In this document: positions 1-11,655 of the stretch, piece after piece
How the letters are laid out: each line of letters starts with the position of its first letter
Position numbering within the stretch: position 1 is the first letter of the stretch
NCBI RefSeq assembly: GCF_964059055.1
Contig: NZ_OZ060386.1
Span: 150,001 to 182,000 of the forward strand
Direction: 5' to 3'
Length of the DNA stretch: 32,000 nucleotides
Source: Buchnera aphidicola (Neophyllaphis podocarpi)
Lineage (GTDB): Bacteria > Pseudomonadota > Gammaproteobacteria > Enterobacterales > Enterobacteriaceae
Translations under genes and position numbers: made by a program
Notes under the pieces: model-generated
What the model saw: the letters and a program-made list of their open reading frames with translations, nothing else
What the model was told of the DNA's origin: nothing
The model's database searches: none

Positions 1-579
1 AAAAATCCAGGAGTATGGGAAGTTCCTTTTGGTATATCAGCTAGAGAAATTTTAGAAGAATATGCTTGTGGTATGAAAGATAGTTTTAAATTAAAAGCAT
101 GGCAGCCAGGTGGAGCTGGAACTGCTTTATTAACTCCTAGTCATATCGATACACCAATGGATTTTACTAATATTCAAAAATGTGGTAGTAGGTTAGGAAC
201 AGCTGTATCTATGGCAATTGATAATACTATTAATATCGTTTCTTTATTATTGAATATAGAGAAATTTTTTTCTAGAGAATCTTGTGGTTGGTGTACTCCT
301 TGTAGAGACGGTTTGCCTTGGATTGTGAATATTTTAAAAGATTTAAAAAATAAACAAGGTCATGAAGGAGATATTGAAACTTTAGAAGATATTTGTTTTA
401 ATTTGAATCCAGGTAAAACTTTTTGCGCTCATGCTCCTGGTGCAATATCTCCTTTATTAAGTGGAATTAAATATTTTAGATCAGAATTTGAGTTAGGTAT
501 TTCAAATAAAAAATATATTTTTAATCACATAAAAGGAATTCAATCAAACTTGCTTAATTTTAAATTATTTAAAAAATAA
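1..579 (+). CDS. nuoF: NADH-quinone oxidoreductase subunit F, C-terminal part (5' end lies outside the window)
   Basis: Frame 1 is open from base 1 ([25 protein letters not shown]...). It is collinear with the enterobacterial NuoF C-terminus and includes the 4Fe-4S motif [12 protein letters not shown]. nuoG-N follow in canonical order. Confidence 0.95.
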   Translation, partial: KNPGVWEVPFGISAREILEEYACGMKDSFKLKAWQPGGAGTALLTPSHIDTPMDFTNIQKCGSRLGTAVSMAIDNTINIVSLLLNIEKFFSRESCGWCTPCRDGLPWIVNILKDLKNKQGHEGDIETLEDICFNLNPGKTFCAHAPGAISPLLSGIKYFRSEFELGISNKKYIFNHIKGIQSNLLNFKLFKK

Positions 580-647
580 TTTTTTTAAATAATTTTTATC
601 TTTAAGATTAATTTTTAATTTTTTTGAAATATGGAATAAATTTAATT

Positions 648-3326
648 ATGACATCCATTTATATAGATGATAAAAAATATCAAATACAAAATTCAGATAA
701 TCTGTTACACGCTTGTTTATCTTTAGGTTTTAATATTCCTTATTTTTGTTGGCATCCTGTTTTAGGTAGTATAGGATCTTGCCGACAATGTGCTGTTAAA
801 GAATATATATATGTTAATGATGAAAAAATTAGTCGTATAGTTATGTCTTGTATGACTCCTATAAAACAAGGATTATTAATATCTGTTAATGATGATGAAG
901 TGAAATCTTTCAGATCTAGTATAATAGAAATGCTTATGACAAATCATCCTCATGACTGTCCTATATGTGAAGAAGGAGGAAATTGTCATTTACAAGATAT
1001 GACTGTTATTTCAGGTCATAATATTCGTAAGTATAGATTTAATAAACGTACTTTTATTAGTCAATATTTAGGTGATTTTATAACTCATAATATGAATAGA
1101 TGTATTACTTGTTATCGTTGTGTAAGATATTATAAAGATTATGCCGGAGGTAAAGATTTTGATGTTTATGGTATAAGTAATAAAATTTATTTTGGTCGTT
1201 TAAAAGACGGTCCTTTGGAAAGTGAATTTTCAGGTAATTTGATAGAAATTTGTCCTACTGGTGTATTTACTGATAAAATAAGTACTAATCATTATAGTAG
1301 AAAGTGGGATATGCAATATTCTCCTAGTGTATGTCATTCATGTAGTATTGGATGTAATATCATTATAGGTGAAAGATACGGAAAAATATCTAGAATAGAG
1401 AATAGATATAATAGTGAAATTAATAATTATTTTATTTGTGATTTAGGTAGATTTGGTTATGATTATATTAATTCTAGTAATAGAATTGTATATCCTAAAT
1501 TGTATGATAAAGATAATTTTATAAAATTAGATTTAAATAATTCTATAAATAAACTAATCGAAATAATAAAAAAATCTAATCATATCATTGGTATAGGATC
1601 ATCAAGATCAAGTATAGAAAATAATTTTGCTTTATATAATTTAGTTGGAAAAAAAAATTTTTATAATGATAATATAGATAAAGAAAATTCTTGTATAAAA
1701 CTTATGACTGATGTACTACAAGATAATAATTTTTATACTCCTAGTTTAATAGAAATAGAAAATTATGATGCCATTTTAATATTAGGTGAAGATGTTACTC
1801 AAACAGCATCTCGTATGGCTTTGTCTATTCGTCAAGCTATCAATAAAAATATATCAAATACTACTAAAAATACAAAAAATGAAAAGCATTTATTTATTAC
1901 TAGTATTAAGAATACTAAACTAGATGATATTGCTGAATATAAATATTTTTCTTCACCAGAAGAACAAGCTTGTTTTGGATTTGCTATTGATAATTTAATA
2001 AATGATATAGATTATAAAATACAATTTTCATCTGTTAATGAATTTGATAAGATAGATTCAATATCTAAAATTTTACTATCATCTAATAAAGTTTTAATTG
2101 TTTCTGGAAGTAGTTTATTAAATGTTTCTATTATACAATCTGCAATTAATATATATTTATCTTTAAAGAAAAAAAAATTGAATCAACAATTAGGTATAGC
2201 ATTAATACCTAGAGCAGTTAATAGTATTGGGTTAAATTTATTAAGCAATCTATCTTTAGATTTAGCTTTAAAAAGATTAATTTCTTCTGAAATAGATACT
2301 GCTATAATTTTAGAAAACGATTTATATAGATGTTTTCAAAAACAAACAGCTGATTTTGCATTAAGTAAAGTAAAAAACTTGGTAGTTTTAGATCATTATA
2401 TTACTAATACTTCTAATAAAGCTAATATTATTTTTCCTTGTTCTAGTTTTTCTGAAACTACTGGTACTGTATTAAATTATGAAGGCAGATCCCAGCGTTT
2501 TTTTAGTGCTCATAATCCTAACTTTTGTAATGATAACTATATAATTGATTCGTGGAGACTTTTACATAAAATTCAAAAAAGATTAGATAATTCGAGTACA
2601 AATTGGAATAATTTAGATGATGTTATTAATTGTTTAGTATTACAGTTTCCTAAATTATTAGGAGTAAAATTTGCTGCTCCATCTTCATCTTTTAAAAAAA
2701 TAGGTCAAAAAATTGCTAGATCTCCTCATAGATATAGTGGTCGTACTGCTATTTTTTCTAATTATAATATACATGAAAAATCTCAACCTCAAGATAAAGA
2801 TAGTATGTTTACTTTTTCAATGGAAGGTAGTAATAATTTAAATGAATCTTCTTCACATATTCCATTTGTTTGGTATCCTGGCATAAATTCAGTTCATGCA
2901 TGGATTAAATTTAATTTATTTACAAAAAAAAGTAAAACTAATGTTTCAAATAGTTTTTTAAAAAAAACTAGTAAAAATTATATTCTTTCATTTAATTATA
3001 TACCTGAACTCAAAAAAAATAATTCTACTTTTTGTATTGTTCCATATTATTTATTATTTGGAAGTGATGAAATGACATATAAATCTACTTTTATTAAAAA
3101 AAATACATTTGAATTTGTTATGATTATTAATCAATTATACGAAAATAAATTGAATTTAATAGAAGGAAAAAAAATAAGTTTTATTTGCTCAAAAGAAAAA
3201 TTTATTTTTACTATACATTTTTCTTCTTCAATTAAAAAGGGCTTAGCAGCGCTTCCTTTAGGTATGCCTGGAATTCCACTATCTTTATCAGGTAAAACAA
3301 TAAATAATATAAGAGCGATAATATAA
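648..3326 (+). CDS. nuoG: NADH-quinone oxidoreductase subunit G
   Basis: Collinear with E. coli NuoG along its whole length, with Fe-S cysteine motifs [24 protein letters not shown] and [10 protein letters not shown]. The ORF track starts at TTG 624, but homology begins at ATG 648 ([11 protein letters not shown] vs MATIHVDGKEY). The stop overlaps the nuoH start (TAATG). Confidence 0.95.
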   Translation: MTSIYIDDKKYQIQNSDNLLHACLSLGFNIPYFCWHPVLGSIGSCRQCAVKEYIYVNDEKISRIVMSCMTPIKQGLLISVNDDEVKSFRSSIIEMLMTNHPHDCPICEEGGNCHLQDMTVISGHNIRKYRFNKRTFISQYLGDFITHNMNRCITCYRCVRYYKDYAGGKDFDVYGISNKIYFGRLKDGPLESEFSGNLIEICPTGVFTDKISTNHYSRKWDMQYSPSVCHSCSIGCNIIIGERYGKISRIENRYNSEINNYFICDLGRFGYDYINSSNRIVYPKLYDKDNFIKLDLNNSINKLIEIIKKSNHIIGIGSSRSSIENNFALYNLVGKKNFYNDNIDKENSCIKLMTDVLQDNNFYTPSLIEIENYDAILILGEDVTQTASRMALSIRQAINKNISNTTKNTKNEKHLFITSIKNTKLDDIAEYKYFSSPEEQACFGFAIDNLINDIDYKIQFSSVNEFDKIDSISKILLSSNKVLIVSGSSLLNVSIIQSAINIYLSLKKKKLNQQLGIALIPRAVNSIGLNLLSNLSLDLALKRLISSEIDTAIILENDLYRCFQKQTADFALSKVKNLVVLDHYITNTSNKANIIFPCSSFSETTGTVLNYEGRSQRFFSAHNPNFCNDNYIIDSWRLLHKIQKRLDNSSTNWNNLDDVINCLVLQFPKLLGVKFAAPSSSFKKIGQKIARSPHRYSGRTAIFSNYNIHEKSQPQDKDSMFTFSMEGSNNLNESSSHIPFVWYPGINSVHAWIKFNLFTKKSKTNVSNSFLKKTSKNYILSFNYIPELKKNNSTFCIVPYYLLFGSDEMTYKSTFIKKNTFEFVMIINQLYENKLNLIEGKKISFICSKEKFIFTIHFSSSIKKGLAALPLGMPGIPLSLSGKTINNIRAII

Positions 3327-4300
3327 TGCAAAATTTATATTCAAATAATATTAAATTGGTATCATATAATGTTTATTATGTAATTTTAATAGCATTTATT
3401 ATTATAATTTCTGGAGCTTTATTAAGTATTTTAGAAAGGCGCTTATTAGCATTATTTCAAAATAGAGATGGTCCTAATAGAGTTGGAATATATGGTAGTA
3501 TGCAATTAATAGCTGATATGATTAAAATGATTTTTAAAGAAGATTGGATTCCTCCATTTGCAAATTCTATATTATTTGTTATTGCTCCTGTTATATCATT
3601 TATTTCTTTACTATTAGTAATTACTATTATTCCTTTTATACCTTTTTATGTAATAACTAATTTTAATTTAGGTATATTATTTTTTATTATGATGTCTAGC
3701 TTATCTGTATATTCAATATTGTTTGCCGGTTGGTCTAGTAATAACAAATATTCTTTACTTGGATCTATTAGAGCTGCAGCTCAAACTATTAGCTATGAAA
3801 TATTTTTAGGTTTATCATTGCTTGGAGTTATAATCCAATCTAATTCTTTTAATTTGTCTAAGATAATTTATGATCAGCAATATGTTTGGAATGTTTTTCC
3901 TCAATTTTTAGGTTTTATTAATTTTTTTATATCTTGTTTAGCTATATGTCATCGTCATCCATTTGATCAACCTGAATCTGAACAAGAATTAGCAGATGGA
4001 TATCATATTGAATATTCTGGTATGAAATTTGGTTTGTTCTTTATAGGTGAATATATTTCAATTATAGTTGTTTCCATGTTAGTTGTTTGTCTTTTTTTTG
4101 GCGGTTGGTTAGGTCCTATATTACCACCTTTATTATGGTTTTTAATTAAAACCATGTTTTTTATTTTTATTTTTATTTTAATAAGAGCTTCATTACCCAG
4201 ACCTAGATATGATCAATTAATGTCTTTAGGATGGAAATACTGTTTACCAATATCTTTAGTTAATGTTTTAATTACTGCTTCTGTAGTTTTATTTAATTAA
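3326..4300 (+). CDS. nuoH: NADH-quinone oxidoreductase subunit H (membrane)
   Basis: 324 aa versus about 325 in E. coli. Strongly conserved blocks: [67 protein letters not shown]. Confidence 0.96.
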   Translation: MQNLYSNNIKLVSYNVYYVILIAFIIIISGALLSILERRLLALFQNRDGPNRVGIYGSMQLIADMIKMIFKEDWIPPFANSILFVIAPVISFISLLLVITIIPFIPFYVITNFNLGILFFIMMSSLSVYSILFAGWSSNNKYSLLGSIRAAAQTISYEIFLGLSLLGVIIQSNSFNLSKIIYDQQYVWNVFPQFLGFINFFISCLAICHRHPFDQPESEQELADGYHIEYSGMKFGLFFIGEYISIIVVSMLVVCLFFGGWLGPILPPLLWFLIKTMFFIFIFILIRASLPRPRYDQLMSLGWKYCLPISLVNVLITASVVLFN

Positions 4301-4324
4301 AATTAAATCAAAGACGGTTATTTT

Positions 4325-4867
4325 ATGATTATTAAAAATTTTTTACTATGTTTTATATCTCAAATTAGAAGTTTGTATTTTGTTTTTATTAATATTTTTT
4401 CTAAATCTGAAACTAAAAGGTATCCTGAGGAATCTGTAAATTTATCTCCTAGATATAGAGGTAGAATTGTGTTAACTAGAGACCCTGATGGTGAAGAACG
4501 TTGTGTAGCTTGTAATTTATGTTCTGCGGTTTGTCCTGTTGATTGCATTTCTCTTCAAAAATCAGAAAAAAATAACGGAAGATGGTATGCTAAATTTTTT
4601 AGAATTAATTTTTCTAGATGTATTTTCTGCGGTTTGTGTGAAGAAGCATGTCCTACAACTGCCATACAGCTTACTCCTGATTTTGAAATGAGTGATTATA
4701 ATCGTAAAGATTTAGTCTATGAAAAAGATGATCTACTTATTTCTGGTCCTGGTAAATATCCTGATTATAACTTTTATCATTTTTCAGGGGTTTCATCTAT
4801 ATTAAAAAATAAAAATAATATAAAGAATCAATCTACTCCTATAGATGTTAAGAATATATTACCATAG
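4325..4867 (+). CDS. nuoI: NADH-quinone oxidoreductase subunit I (2x[4Fe-4S] ferredoxin-type)
   Basis: 180 aa, the same length as E. coli NuoI. Two CxxCxxCxxxCP motifs ([24 protein letters not shown]). Near-identical block [24 protein letters not shown]. Confidence 0.96.
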   Translation: MIIKNFLLCFISQIRSLYFVFINIFSKSETKRYPEESVNLSPRYRGRIVLTRDPDGEERCVACNLCSAVCPVDCISLQKSEKNNGRWYAKFFRINFSRCIFCGLCEEACPTTAIQLTPDFEMSDYNRKDLVYEKDDLLISGPGKYPDYNFYHFSGVSSILKNKNNIKNQSTPIDVKNILP

Positions 4868-4877
4868 GAAATAAAAT

Positions 4878-5375
4878 ATGAATCTTTTTTTTTACATATT
4901 TAGTTTTTTATCTATAATTTCGACTTTTTTTACAGTAATTATTACAACACCTGTTTATTTATTATTATCTTTTTTATTTTCTATTATTTCAATATCTGGA
5001 GTTTTTATTTCTTTAGGATCTTGGTTTATTGGTGCTTTAGAAATTATTATATATGCTGGAGCTATATTAGTATTATTTATTTTTATACTTATGATGTTAA
5101 ATGTGTTAAATATTGATGAATATCATAAGTTTAATAAGATAAATCTTTCTGCTTTTTTTCTTTTTTTTCTTTTTTCATTTGTATTAATTTTTTTATTTTC
5201 TTATATTCTTTCAATGTTTTCAGATCAAAAAATTAATTATATAATATTTAATATTACACGATTAGGTATTGATTTGTTTAATTCATATGTATTAGCAGTG
5301 GAAATTTCTTCAATAATATTATTATCTGCTATAGTTATTATTTTTCATATTGGAAAACAAAGTAAAAATTCTTAA
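4878..5375 (+). CDS. nuoJ: NADH-quinone oxidoreductase subunit J (membrane)
   Basis: Position in the operon and the conserved block GALEIIIYAGAILVLFIFILMMLN. Shorter than E. coli NuoJ at the hydrophilic C-terminus. Confidence 0.9.
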   Translation: MNLFFYIFSFLSIISTFFTVIITTPVYLLLSFLFSIISISGVFISLGSWFIGALEIIIYAGAILVLFIFILMMLNVLNIDEYHKFNKINLSAFFLFFLFSFVLIFLFSYILSMFSDQKINYIIFNITRLGIDLFNSYVLAVEISSIILLSAIVIIFHIGKQSKNS

Positions 5376-5433
5376 ATAATTATTATATAATTTATATATA
5401 AGTTTCATATTTAACAAGAGTAATAATTTAATT

Positions 5434-5736
5434 ATGATTTTTTTATCTCACGGATTAATTTTATCTGCTATATTATTTATTTTAGGATTATCATCTTTAA
5501 TTATAAGGCGCAATTTGTTATTCATATTCATAAGTATTGAAATAATGATGAATTCTTCTGCACTTGCTTTGGTTATTAGTGGTAATTATTGGAATAATAA
5601 TGATGGTAGTATAATGTATATTTTAGCTATTACTATAGCTGCTGCTGAAGCTAGTATTAGTTTAGCATTTTTGATTCAATTTTATAGAAGATATAAGCAT
5701 TTGAATATTGATATATTAAGCGAGATATATAAATGA
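5434..5736 (+). CDS. nuoK: NADH-quinone oxidoreductase subunit K (membrane)
   Basis: 100 aa as in E. coli. Conserved blocks [21 protein letters not shown] and [15 protein letters not shown]. The stop overlaps the nuoL start (ATGA). Confidence 0.95.
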   Translation: MIFLSHGLILSAILFILGLSSLIIRRNLLFIFISIEIMMNSSALALVISGNYWNNNDGSIMYILAITIAAAEASISLAFLIQFYRRYKHLNIDILSEIYK

Positions 5737-7586
5737 ATTTAATATATTTTGTTATTTTATTTCCTTTAATCAGTTTTTTATTTCTATCTTTATCTTATAA
5801 ATTTATATCAAAAAGTTTAGTTTCAAAGATAGGAGTAGGATCTGTATTACTGTCTACATTAATTTCTTTTTATTTAGTTTTTATTTTTTTTAATCAATAT
5901 TTTAATTTAACTGTATTTAATTTATATAATTTAATTACTATTGATAAATTTAATATTAGTTTCAATCTATTATTTGATCACTTATCTATAACTATGTTGT
6001 TGTTGATAACAATAGTAGGTTTATTAATTCATATTTTTTCAGTTTGGTATATGAATAAAGATTCAGGATATATTAGATTTTTTGCTTATATAAATCTTTT
6101 TATTTTTAGTATGATAATTTTAGTTCTGTCTGATAATTTAATTTGTATGTATTTTGGATGGGAGTTAGTAAGTATATGTTCTTATCTTCTTATTGGTTTT
6201 TATTATACAGAAATAGAAAATACTAAATCAGCTATGAAAGCTTTTATAGTTACTCGTATAGGAGATATTTTTTTAATTTTATCTATGTTTATGATTTACT
6301 ATCATTTAGGTACATTGAATCTATCAGAAATAATTCAGATATCTAATATAGATTTATATAAGCATAATTCTTTTATATTGTCATCAATTACATTATTTTT
6401 ATTATTAGGATCAATAGGAAAATCAGCTCAAATACCTTTGCATACTTGGTTGTCTGATGCAATGGTAGGACCTACTCCTGTTTCAGCTTTAATACATGCT
6501 GCAACAATGGTAACTGCTGGTGTATATTTGATAGTTAGAACCCATAATTTATTCTCTTGCACCCCTCAAATACTTTTTGTTATTTCTGTAATAGGTTCTG
6601 TTACTTTATTAGTTGGTTCATTTTCTGCATTAGTACAAACAGATATAAAAAAAATATTAGCATATTCGACTATGAGCCAATTAGGTTATATGTTTTTATC
6701 TATGGGATTTAATGGATGGAATGCTGCAGTTTTTCATTTAGTTACACATGCCATATTTAAAGCATTATTATTTTTATCTGCAGGTTCTTTGATTTTATTT
6801 TGTAAGCATGAACAAAATATATTTAAAATAAATGTATTTTATAAAAAAATTCCTTTTATCTATGCTTGTTTTTTAATTGGTAGTTTATCTCTTTGCTCTT
6901 TTCCTTTTATAACATCTGGTTTTTATAGCAAAGAATATATTTTACTTAATATGTTATTACATAAATCTTTTGTATTTTTATCAATAGGATTATTAGGAGC
7001 TTTTATTACAGTTTTGTATACATTTAGAATGATTTACATTTTATTTCATAGCAATAAAAAATATTTTTTTTTAAAATACAATAATTTAAGTATTAGTCAC
7101 TATTTACCATTAATAGTTCTTTTATTCTTATCATGTATTTTTGGATATTTAGTTGATTGTACTTTTGATATTTTTTTTATAAATAATGCAATAAATAAAA
7201 TATATAAAATTAAATTAGAAATTTTTTCTACTATAATAATTTTTCTTGCTTTGCTTATATCTATTCTATGTTTAGTAGTCTTTCCTAAACAATTTATATC
7301 ATTTACTAAAATGAAATATATTAATAAAATTTGTAATTTTTTACTTTTTGGTTTTAAATTTGATTATTTATATGAAAAAATTTTTGTTAATTTATACTTT
7401 AAAATTATAAGAATTATATCTTCTAAATTTTTGTATGCTTTTTATGATTTACCTATATTATTTATTAAGAACATAAATACTTTTATGATATTAAGCGTTA
7501 ATGGTTTAACTAGATGGTATATAACATCAACTATTTTAAATTTATTAATAATAATAGTTTATTTATTATTTTATTTTTATTTATAA
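5733..7586 (+). CDS. nuoL: NADH-quinone oxidoreductase subunit L (antiporter-like membrane subunit)
   Basis: 617 aa versus about 613 in E. coli. Conserved blocks [55 protein letters not shown] and [14 protein letters not shown]. Confidence 0.95.
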   Translation: MNLIYFVILFPLISFLFLSLSYKFISKSLVSKIGVGSVLLSTLISFYLVFIFFNQYFNLTVFNLYNLITIDKFNISFNLLFDHLSITMLLLITIVGLLIHIFSVWYMNKDSGYIRFFAYINLFIFSMIILVLSDNLICMYFGWELVSICSYLLIGFYYTEIENTKSAMKAFIVTRIGDIFLILSMFMIYYHLGTLNLSEIIQISNIDLYKHNSFILSSITLFLLLGSIGKSAQIPLHTWLSDAMVGPTPVSALIHAATMVTAGVYLIVRTHNLFSCTPQILFVISVIGSVTLLVGSFSALVQTDIKKILAYSTMSQLGYMFLSMGFNGWNAAVFHLVTHAIFKALLFLSAGSLILFCKHEQNIFKINVFYKKIPFIYACFLIGSLSLCSFPFITSGFYSKEYILLNMLLHKSFVFLSIGLLGAFITVLYTFRMIYILFHSNKKYFFLKYNNLSISHYLPLIVLLFLSCIFGYLVDCTFDIFFINNAINKIYKIKLEIFSTIIIFLALLISILCLVVFPKQFISFTKMKYINKICNFLLFGFKFDYLYEKIFVNLYFKIIRIISSKFLYAFYDLPILFIKNINTFMILSVNGLTRWYITSTILNLLIIIVYLLFYFYL

Positions 7587-7734
7587 AAATATTATTTTTA
7601 TTATTTAAATTTTTTAAAATATATTTTTAATTAATTTATAAAAATAATTTTCATATTTAATATATATAAATTAAGTAATTTTAGAACATTATTTATAAAT
7701 TTAAAATTCATAAAATGGACATAAAATCAATATT

Positions 7735-9243
7735 ATGATACTAGTATTATTAATAATAATTCCTATTTTAGGTAGTTTATTTTGCTTAAGTTCTGAATGT
7801 TTTAATAAAAAATTTCCTAGATTTTTTGCTTTAATAACAATATTAACAACATTTATTATTTCAATATACATATGGATTTATCATTTTTTATATTTTACTT
7901 ATCATACATATCATTCTAAATGGACGTTAGAATTTTCTGAATCCTGGATTTCTAGGTTTAATATAAATTTTCATTTAGGTTTAGATGGTTTGTCATTAAT
8001 AATGATTATATTAACTAATATTTTAGGTATTATATCCATAATTGTATCTTGGGATGAAATTAAAAAATCTACAGGTCTTTTTTATTTTAACCTAATAATA
8101 ATTTTATGTTGTGTTTTAGGAATATTTGTTTCTTTAGATTTATTTTTATTATTTCTTTTCTGGGAATTAATTTTAATTCCTATCTACTTTTTAATTTCTT
8201 TTTGGGGATATAATAAAAAATATCGTATAAATGCCGCAAATAAATTTTTCATGTATTCACAAGTTTCTGGAATTATGCTCTTAGTATCTATATTAGGATT
8301 AGCTATAAATTTTCATAGTTATACTAATCTATGGACTTTTGATTATAATTTATTAATTAAAACTCCAATGCCAATTTTTGTAGAGTATGTTTTAATGTTT
8401 TGTTTTTTTATTTCTTTTGCTATAAAAATGCCTATTGTTCCTTTTCATAGTTGGTTACCAGAAGCTAGCACATATGCTCCAACTGCAGGATCTATAGATT
8501 TATCTGCTATTTTAGTAAAAACTGCTGTTTACTGTTTATTACGTTTTTGTGTTTGTTTATTTCCAAATGCTTCTATTTATTTTACTGATTTATTTATGTT
8601 TTTAGGTTTAATTAGTATTTTTTATGGTGCTTTTATGGCTTTTTTACAAAATGACATTAAAAGAATTATATCTTATAGTGCTATATCTCATATGGGATTC
8701 ATTTTAATTGCTATTTATACTGGAAGTAAACTATCTCTTCAAGGTGTTATGATTCAAATAATTTGCAGTAGTCTTTCAATAGCTGCTTTATTTATATTAT
8801 CAGGACAGATTTATACTATTTTTAAAACTAGAAAAATGCATGAATTAGGGGGATTATGGACTAGCCATACATTTATTGCTAGTTTATTTATTTTTTTTAT
8901 TTTTGCTAATTTAAGTATTCCTTTTACCGGTAATTTTATTGGAGAATTTTTAATTTTATTAGGATCTTTTTATAAATTTCCTATTATAACGTTCTTTGCT
9001 TCTTGTAGTCTAATAATATCATCTGTTTATTATTTATCTATGCTACAGAATATATGTTTTGGAATTGTAAAAAATAAATATATTTTTAGTAAAAATTTTA
9101 TTAAAGAATATATTATTTCTATCTTTATACTAATTGTATTGATATTTTTTGGTCTTTGCCCGAAATATATATTATATACTACATCTTATGTAATATTTGA
9201 TATATATAAGTATTTTAATTGTTTTATTTCAATAAAAATATAA
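7735..9243 (+). CDS. nuoM: NADH-quinone oxidoreductase subunit M (antiporter-like membrane subunit)
   Basis: 502 aa versus about 509 in E. coli. Conserved blocks FHLGLDGLSLIMIILT, KMPIVPFHSWLPEA..APTAGSIDLSAILVKTA and DIKRIISYSAISHMGFILIAIYTGS. Confidence 0.95.
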   Translation: MILVLLIIIPILGSLFCLSSECFNKKFPRFFALITILTTFIISIYIWIYHFLYFTYHTYHSKWTLEFSESWISRFNINFHLGLDGLSLIMIILTNILGIISIIVSWDEIKKSTGLFYFNLIIILCCVLGIFVSLDLFLLFLFWELILIPIYFLISFWGYNKKYRINAANKFFMYSQVSGIMLLVSILGLAINFHSYTNLWTFDYNLLIKTPMPIFVEYVLMFCFFISFAIKMPIVPFHSWLPEASTYAPTAGSIDLSAILVKTAVYCLLRFCVCLFPNASIYFTDLFMFLGLISIFYGAFMAFLQNDIKRIISYSAISHMGFILIAIYTGSKLSLQGVMIQIICSSLSIAALFILSGQIYTIFKTRKMHELGGLWTSHTFIASLFIFFIFANLSIPFTGNFIGEFLILLGSFYKFPIITFFASCSLIISSVYYLSMLQNICFGIVKNKYIFSKNFIKEYIISIFILIVLIFFGLCPKYILYTTSYVIFDIYKYFNCFISIKI

Positions 9244-9258
9244 GGTTTCAATTTTAAC

Positions 9259-10719
9259 ATGATAATTCAAATTTCAGAATTAATCTCTTTTTTACCATTA
9301 TTAATTTTATTATTTACTGTTATATTATTAATTATATTTATTTCTTTTTATAGGCATCATTTATCTGTACTAATTATTTCAATATTAGGATTAAGTATTT
9401 CTGGTTTATCTTTGTTTCTAATTGATTTTAATTTTTTATATATAAATAAATTTATAATTTTTGACAGATCTACTATATTTTATACTTCAATATTAATATT
9501 TACTAGTATCACAGTATGTTTTGCATCTTATAATTGGTTATCAAACCATAATCTTAATTCAGAAGAATTTTATATTTTATTACTTATATCTATTTTAGGT
9601 TGCATGATATTGATTTTGTCAAATCATATGATAACATTTTTTTTAAGCATGGAATTGATGTCTTTGCCTATTTTTGGTTTGATTGGGTATGTAATTAATA
9701 ATAAATATTCATTAAATTCATCTATTAAATATATTATATTATCTTCTGTTTCTTCATCCTTCTTACTTTTTAGCATAGCTATATTATATGCTTTGTTTGG
9801 TAATTTAAATTTTATAATTTTAGGTAATATATTAAATGATATTACTTTATCTGAACATATAATATTTTTATTATCTATATTAATGATATTAGTTAGTATT
9901 AGTTTAAAATTATCTTTATTTCCTTTTCATCTATGGACTAAAGATATTTTCGAAGGTTTATCTTTACCAGTATCTTTTTATATTTCAACATTAGTTAAAT
10001 TTTCTATACTTATAGCTTTTTTAAAATTATTATTTTGTATTCCTTTATATTACAACAGAGAAATATTTTATTTGTTATACTTTTTTGCTTTTTTTTCAAT
10101 TATTATTGGGAATATTATGGCTTTATTTGAAAATAGTATACAAAAAATTATAGGTTATTCTTCTATATCTCATGTTGGATATGCAATTTCTATTTTTATT
10201 TCTTTAAAAAATTTTGATCTTGCATTAGAAACTATAGGAATATATTTTATATCTTACATTTTGAGTTCTATAGGTTTTTTTACTATTATTAATCATATAT
10301 CTAATATATATAATATTCCATCAGAAAATTATTTAAGTTACTATCGTGGTTTATTTTGGAAGCATCCTATTTTATCCTTATGTGCAACTTTTATGGTATT
10401 TTCTTTACTTGGTATTCCTTTAACAGTTGGTTTTATTGGAAAATTTTATATTTTAATGTTAATTATAAATTCAAAATTTTATTTTCTAATTTTATCTATT
10501 ATTATAGGAAGTGTATTATCTTTATACTATTATTTAAGAATAATTATTAATTTTTATTTACCTATTTCTAAATCAGTCCAAATTAATAATTATAAACATA
10601 ATATGAAATTGTTTTCTTTTAATAATTTATTGTTATTTTTTTTATTTTTGATTATTTTTATTTTTGGTATTTATCCAAAAATATTAATTGATTATATAAA
10701 TTTAATGTACAATATTTAA
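9259..10719 (+). CDS. nuoN: NADH-quinone oxidoreductase subunit N (antiporter-like membrane subunit)
   Basis: 486 aa. Collinear with E. coli NuoN (EFYILLLISILG, MELMSLPIFGLIGY, KLSLFPFHLWT.D, IIGYSSISHVGY, YRGLFWKHPIL). Last gene of the nuo cluster. Confidence 0.94.
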   Translation: MIIQISELISFLPLLILLFTVILLIIFISFYRHHLSVLIISILGLSISGLSLFLIDFNFLYINKFIIFDRSTIFYTSILIFTSITVCFASYNWLSNHNLNSEEFYILLLISILGCMILILSNHMITFFLSMELMSLPIFGLIGYVINNKYSLNSSIKYIILSSVSSSFLLFSIAILYALFGNLNFIILGNILNDITLSEHIIFLLSILMILVSISLKLSLFPFHLWTKDIFEGLSLPVSFYISTLVKFSILIAFLKLLFCIPLYYNREIFYLLYFFAFFSIIIGNIMALFENSIQKIIGYSSISHVGYAISIFISLKNFDLALETIGIYFISYILSSIGFFTIINHISNIYNIPSENYLSYYRGLFWKHPILSLCATFMVFSLLGIPLTVGFIGKFYILMLIINSKFYFLILSIIIGSVLSLYYYLRIIINFYLPISKSVQINNYKHNMKLFSFNNLLLFFLFLIIFIFGIYPKILIDYINLMYNI

Positions 10720-10755
10720 TGCAACTTTTATATAACATGTATAGGTTTAAATTTT

Positions 10756-11570
10756 ATGCCAGAGTTACCTGAAGTTCAATCTACTCTTTTAAGTATATAT
10801 CCATATTTAATAAGAAAAAAAATTTTATTTTCAGTTGTTAGAAATAGTAATCTAAGATTACCAATATCTAGAGAAATTTATAAAATCAAAAATTATATTA
10901 TTGTAGATTTATTCAGAAAAGGTAAATATTTAATAATTCATTTAAATTATGGTTATATTATTATCCACTTGGGCATGTCTGGAAATTTATGTATTTTACC
11001 AAATCATCAATCTAATATTTTTAATAATAATGATCATATAGATTTATTTATTAGTAATAATAAAATTTTAAGATATAATGATGTTCGTAGATTTGGTTTA
11101 TTTGTTTGGGTATATGATTTTAGTACCTTTAAATTTATTTCAAATTTAGGTCCAGACCCTTTTAGTAGTAAATTTAGCGCAATATATTTTTTTTCTATCC
11201 TAAGGCAAAAAAAACTTTTATAAAAAACTGTTTAATGAATCAATCTATAATTTCTGGTCTAGGAAATATATATTCTAATGAATGTTTATTTCATGCAGGA
11301 ATATTACCCACAAGAATTTCTAATACATTATCTTTTTATGAAGTTAAAAAATTAGTTTTTATTATTAAATTAGTATTAAAATCTTCTATTAAACTGGGCG
11401 GTACAACTATAAAAAATTTTATTTGTACAAATAGAATTTTTGGTTTATTTCATAGAAACTTATATGTTTATAATAGAAAAAATAAGAAATGTTATTTATG
11501 TAATAACCTTATAATAAGTATTATACAAAATAAACGTAAGTCTTTTTTTTGTGATTTTTGTCAATATTAA
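10756..11570 (+). pseudogene. mutM: Formamidopyrimidine/8-oxoguanine DNA glycosylase, split by a 1-nt deletion in an A8 tract (possibly rescued by slippage)
   Basis: ORFs 10756..11223 (MPELPEV..., catalytic N-terminus) and 11235..11570 (GLGNIYSNECLF..., C-terminal CxxC...CxxC zinc finger) together are collinear with E. coli Fpg (269 aa). The second frame is already open and homologous from the A-run (AKKTFIKNCLMNQS vs [14 protein letters not shown]). Adding one A to the run at 11207..11214 gives an uninterrupted 271-codon frame. Confidence 0.9.
11207..11214 (+). repeat. A8 homopolymer at the mutM frameshift point
   Basis: Frame 1 reads caa aaa aaa ctt tta taa. The homologous continuation is in the -1 frame starting inside this run. 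Confidence 0.9.
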
Positions 11571-11655
11571 TTATTTAATACTTTAAAAATTAAATTATTA
11601 GTAATATAATATTTTTTTCGTATTTTTTATTAAAAAATATAAGGATGAATATTAT

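Noticed and set aside
3131-3331. Short ORFs antisense to or nested in strongly conserved genes: 3131-3331(-), 4360-4548(-), 10356-10550(+), 12231-12494(-), 17943-18134(-), 18324-18542(-), 19860-20087(+), 20641-20847(-), 23219-23401(+), 26792-27073(+), 27779-27970(+)
   Set aside because: Each lies within or opposite a full-length gene with clear homology. Their products are low-complexity Ile/Phe/Lys/Asn strings, as expected from stop-poor frames in A+T-rich DNA, and none has a recognisable motif.
7587-7734. The 148-bp, almost pure A/T spacer between nuoL and nuoM in an otherwise tightly packed operon, as a possible internal promoter, sRNA or gene remnant
   Set aside because: It contains no ORF and no structure beyond short A/T palindromes (aaaatatatttt, atttataaat), and nothing distinguishes it from neutral spacer. 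As far as I recall, E. coli also has a sizeable nuoL-nuoM gap, so it may simply be ancestral. It would need transcript mapping to say more.
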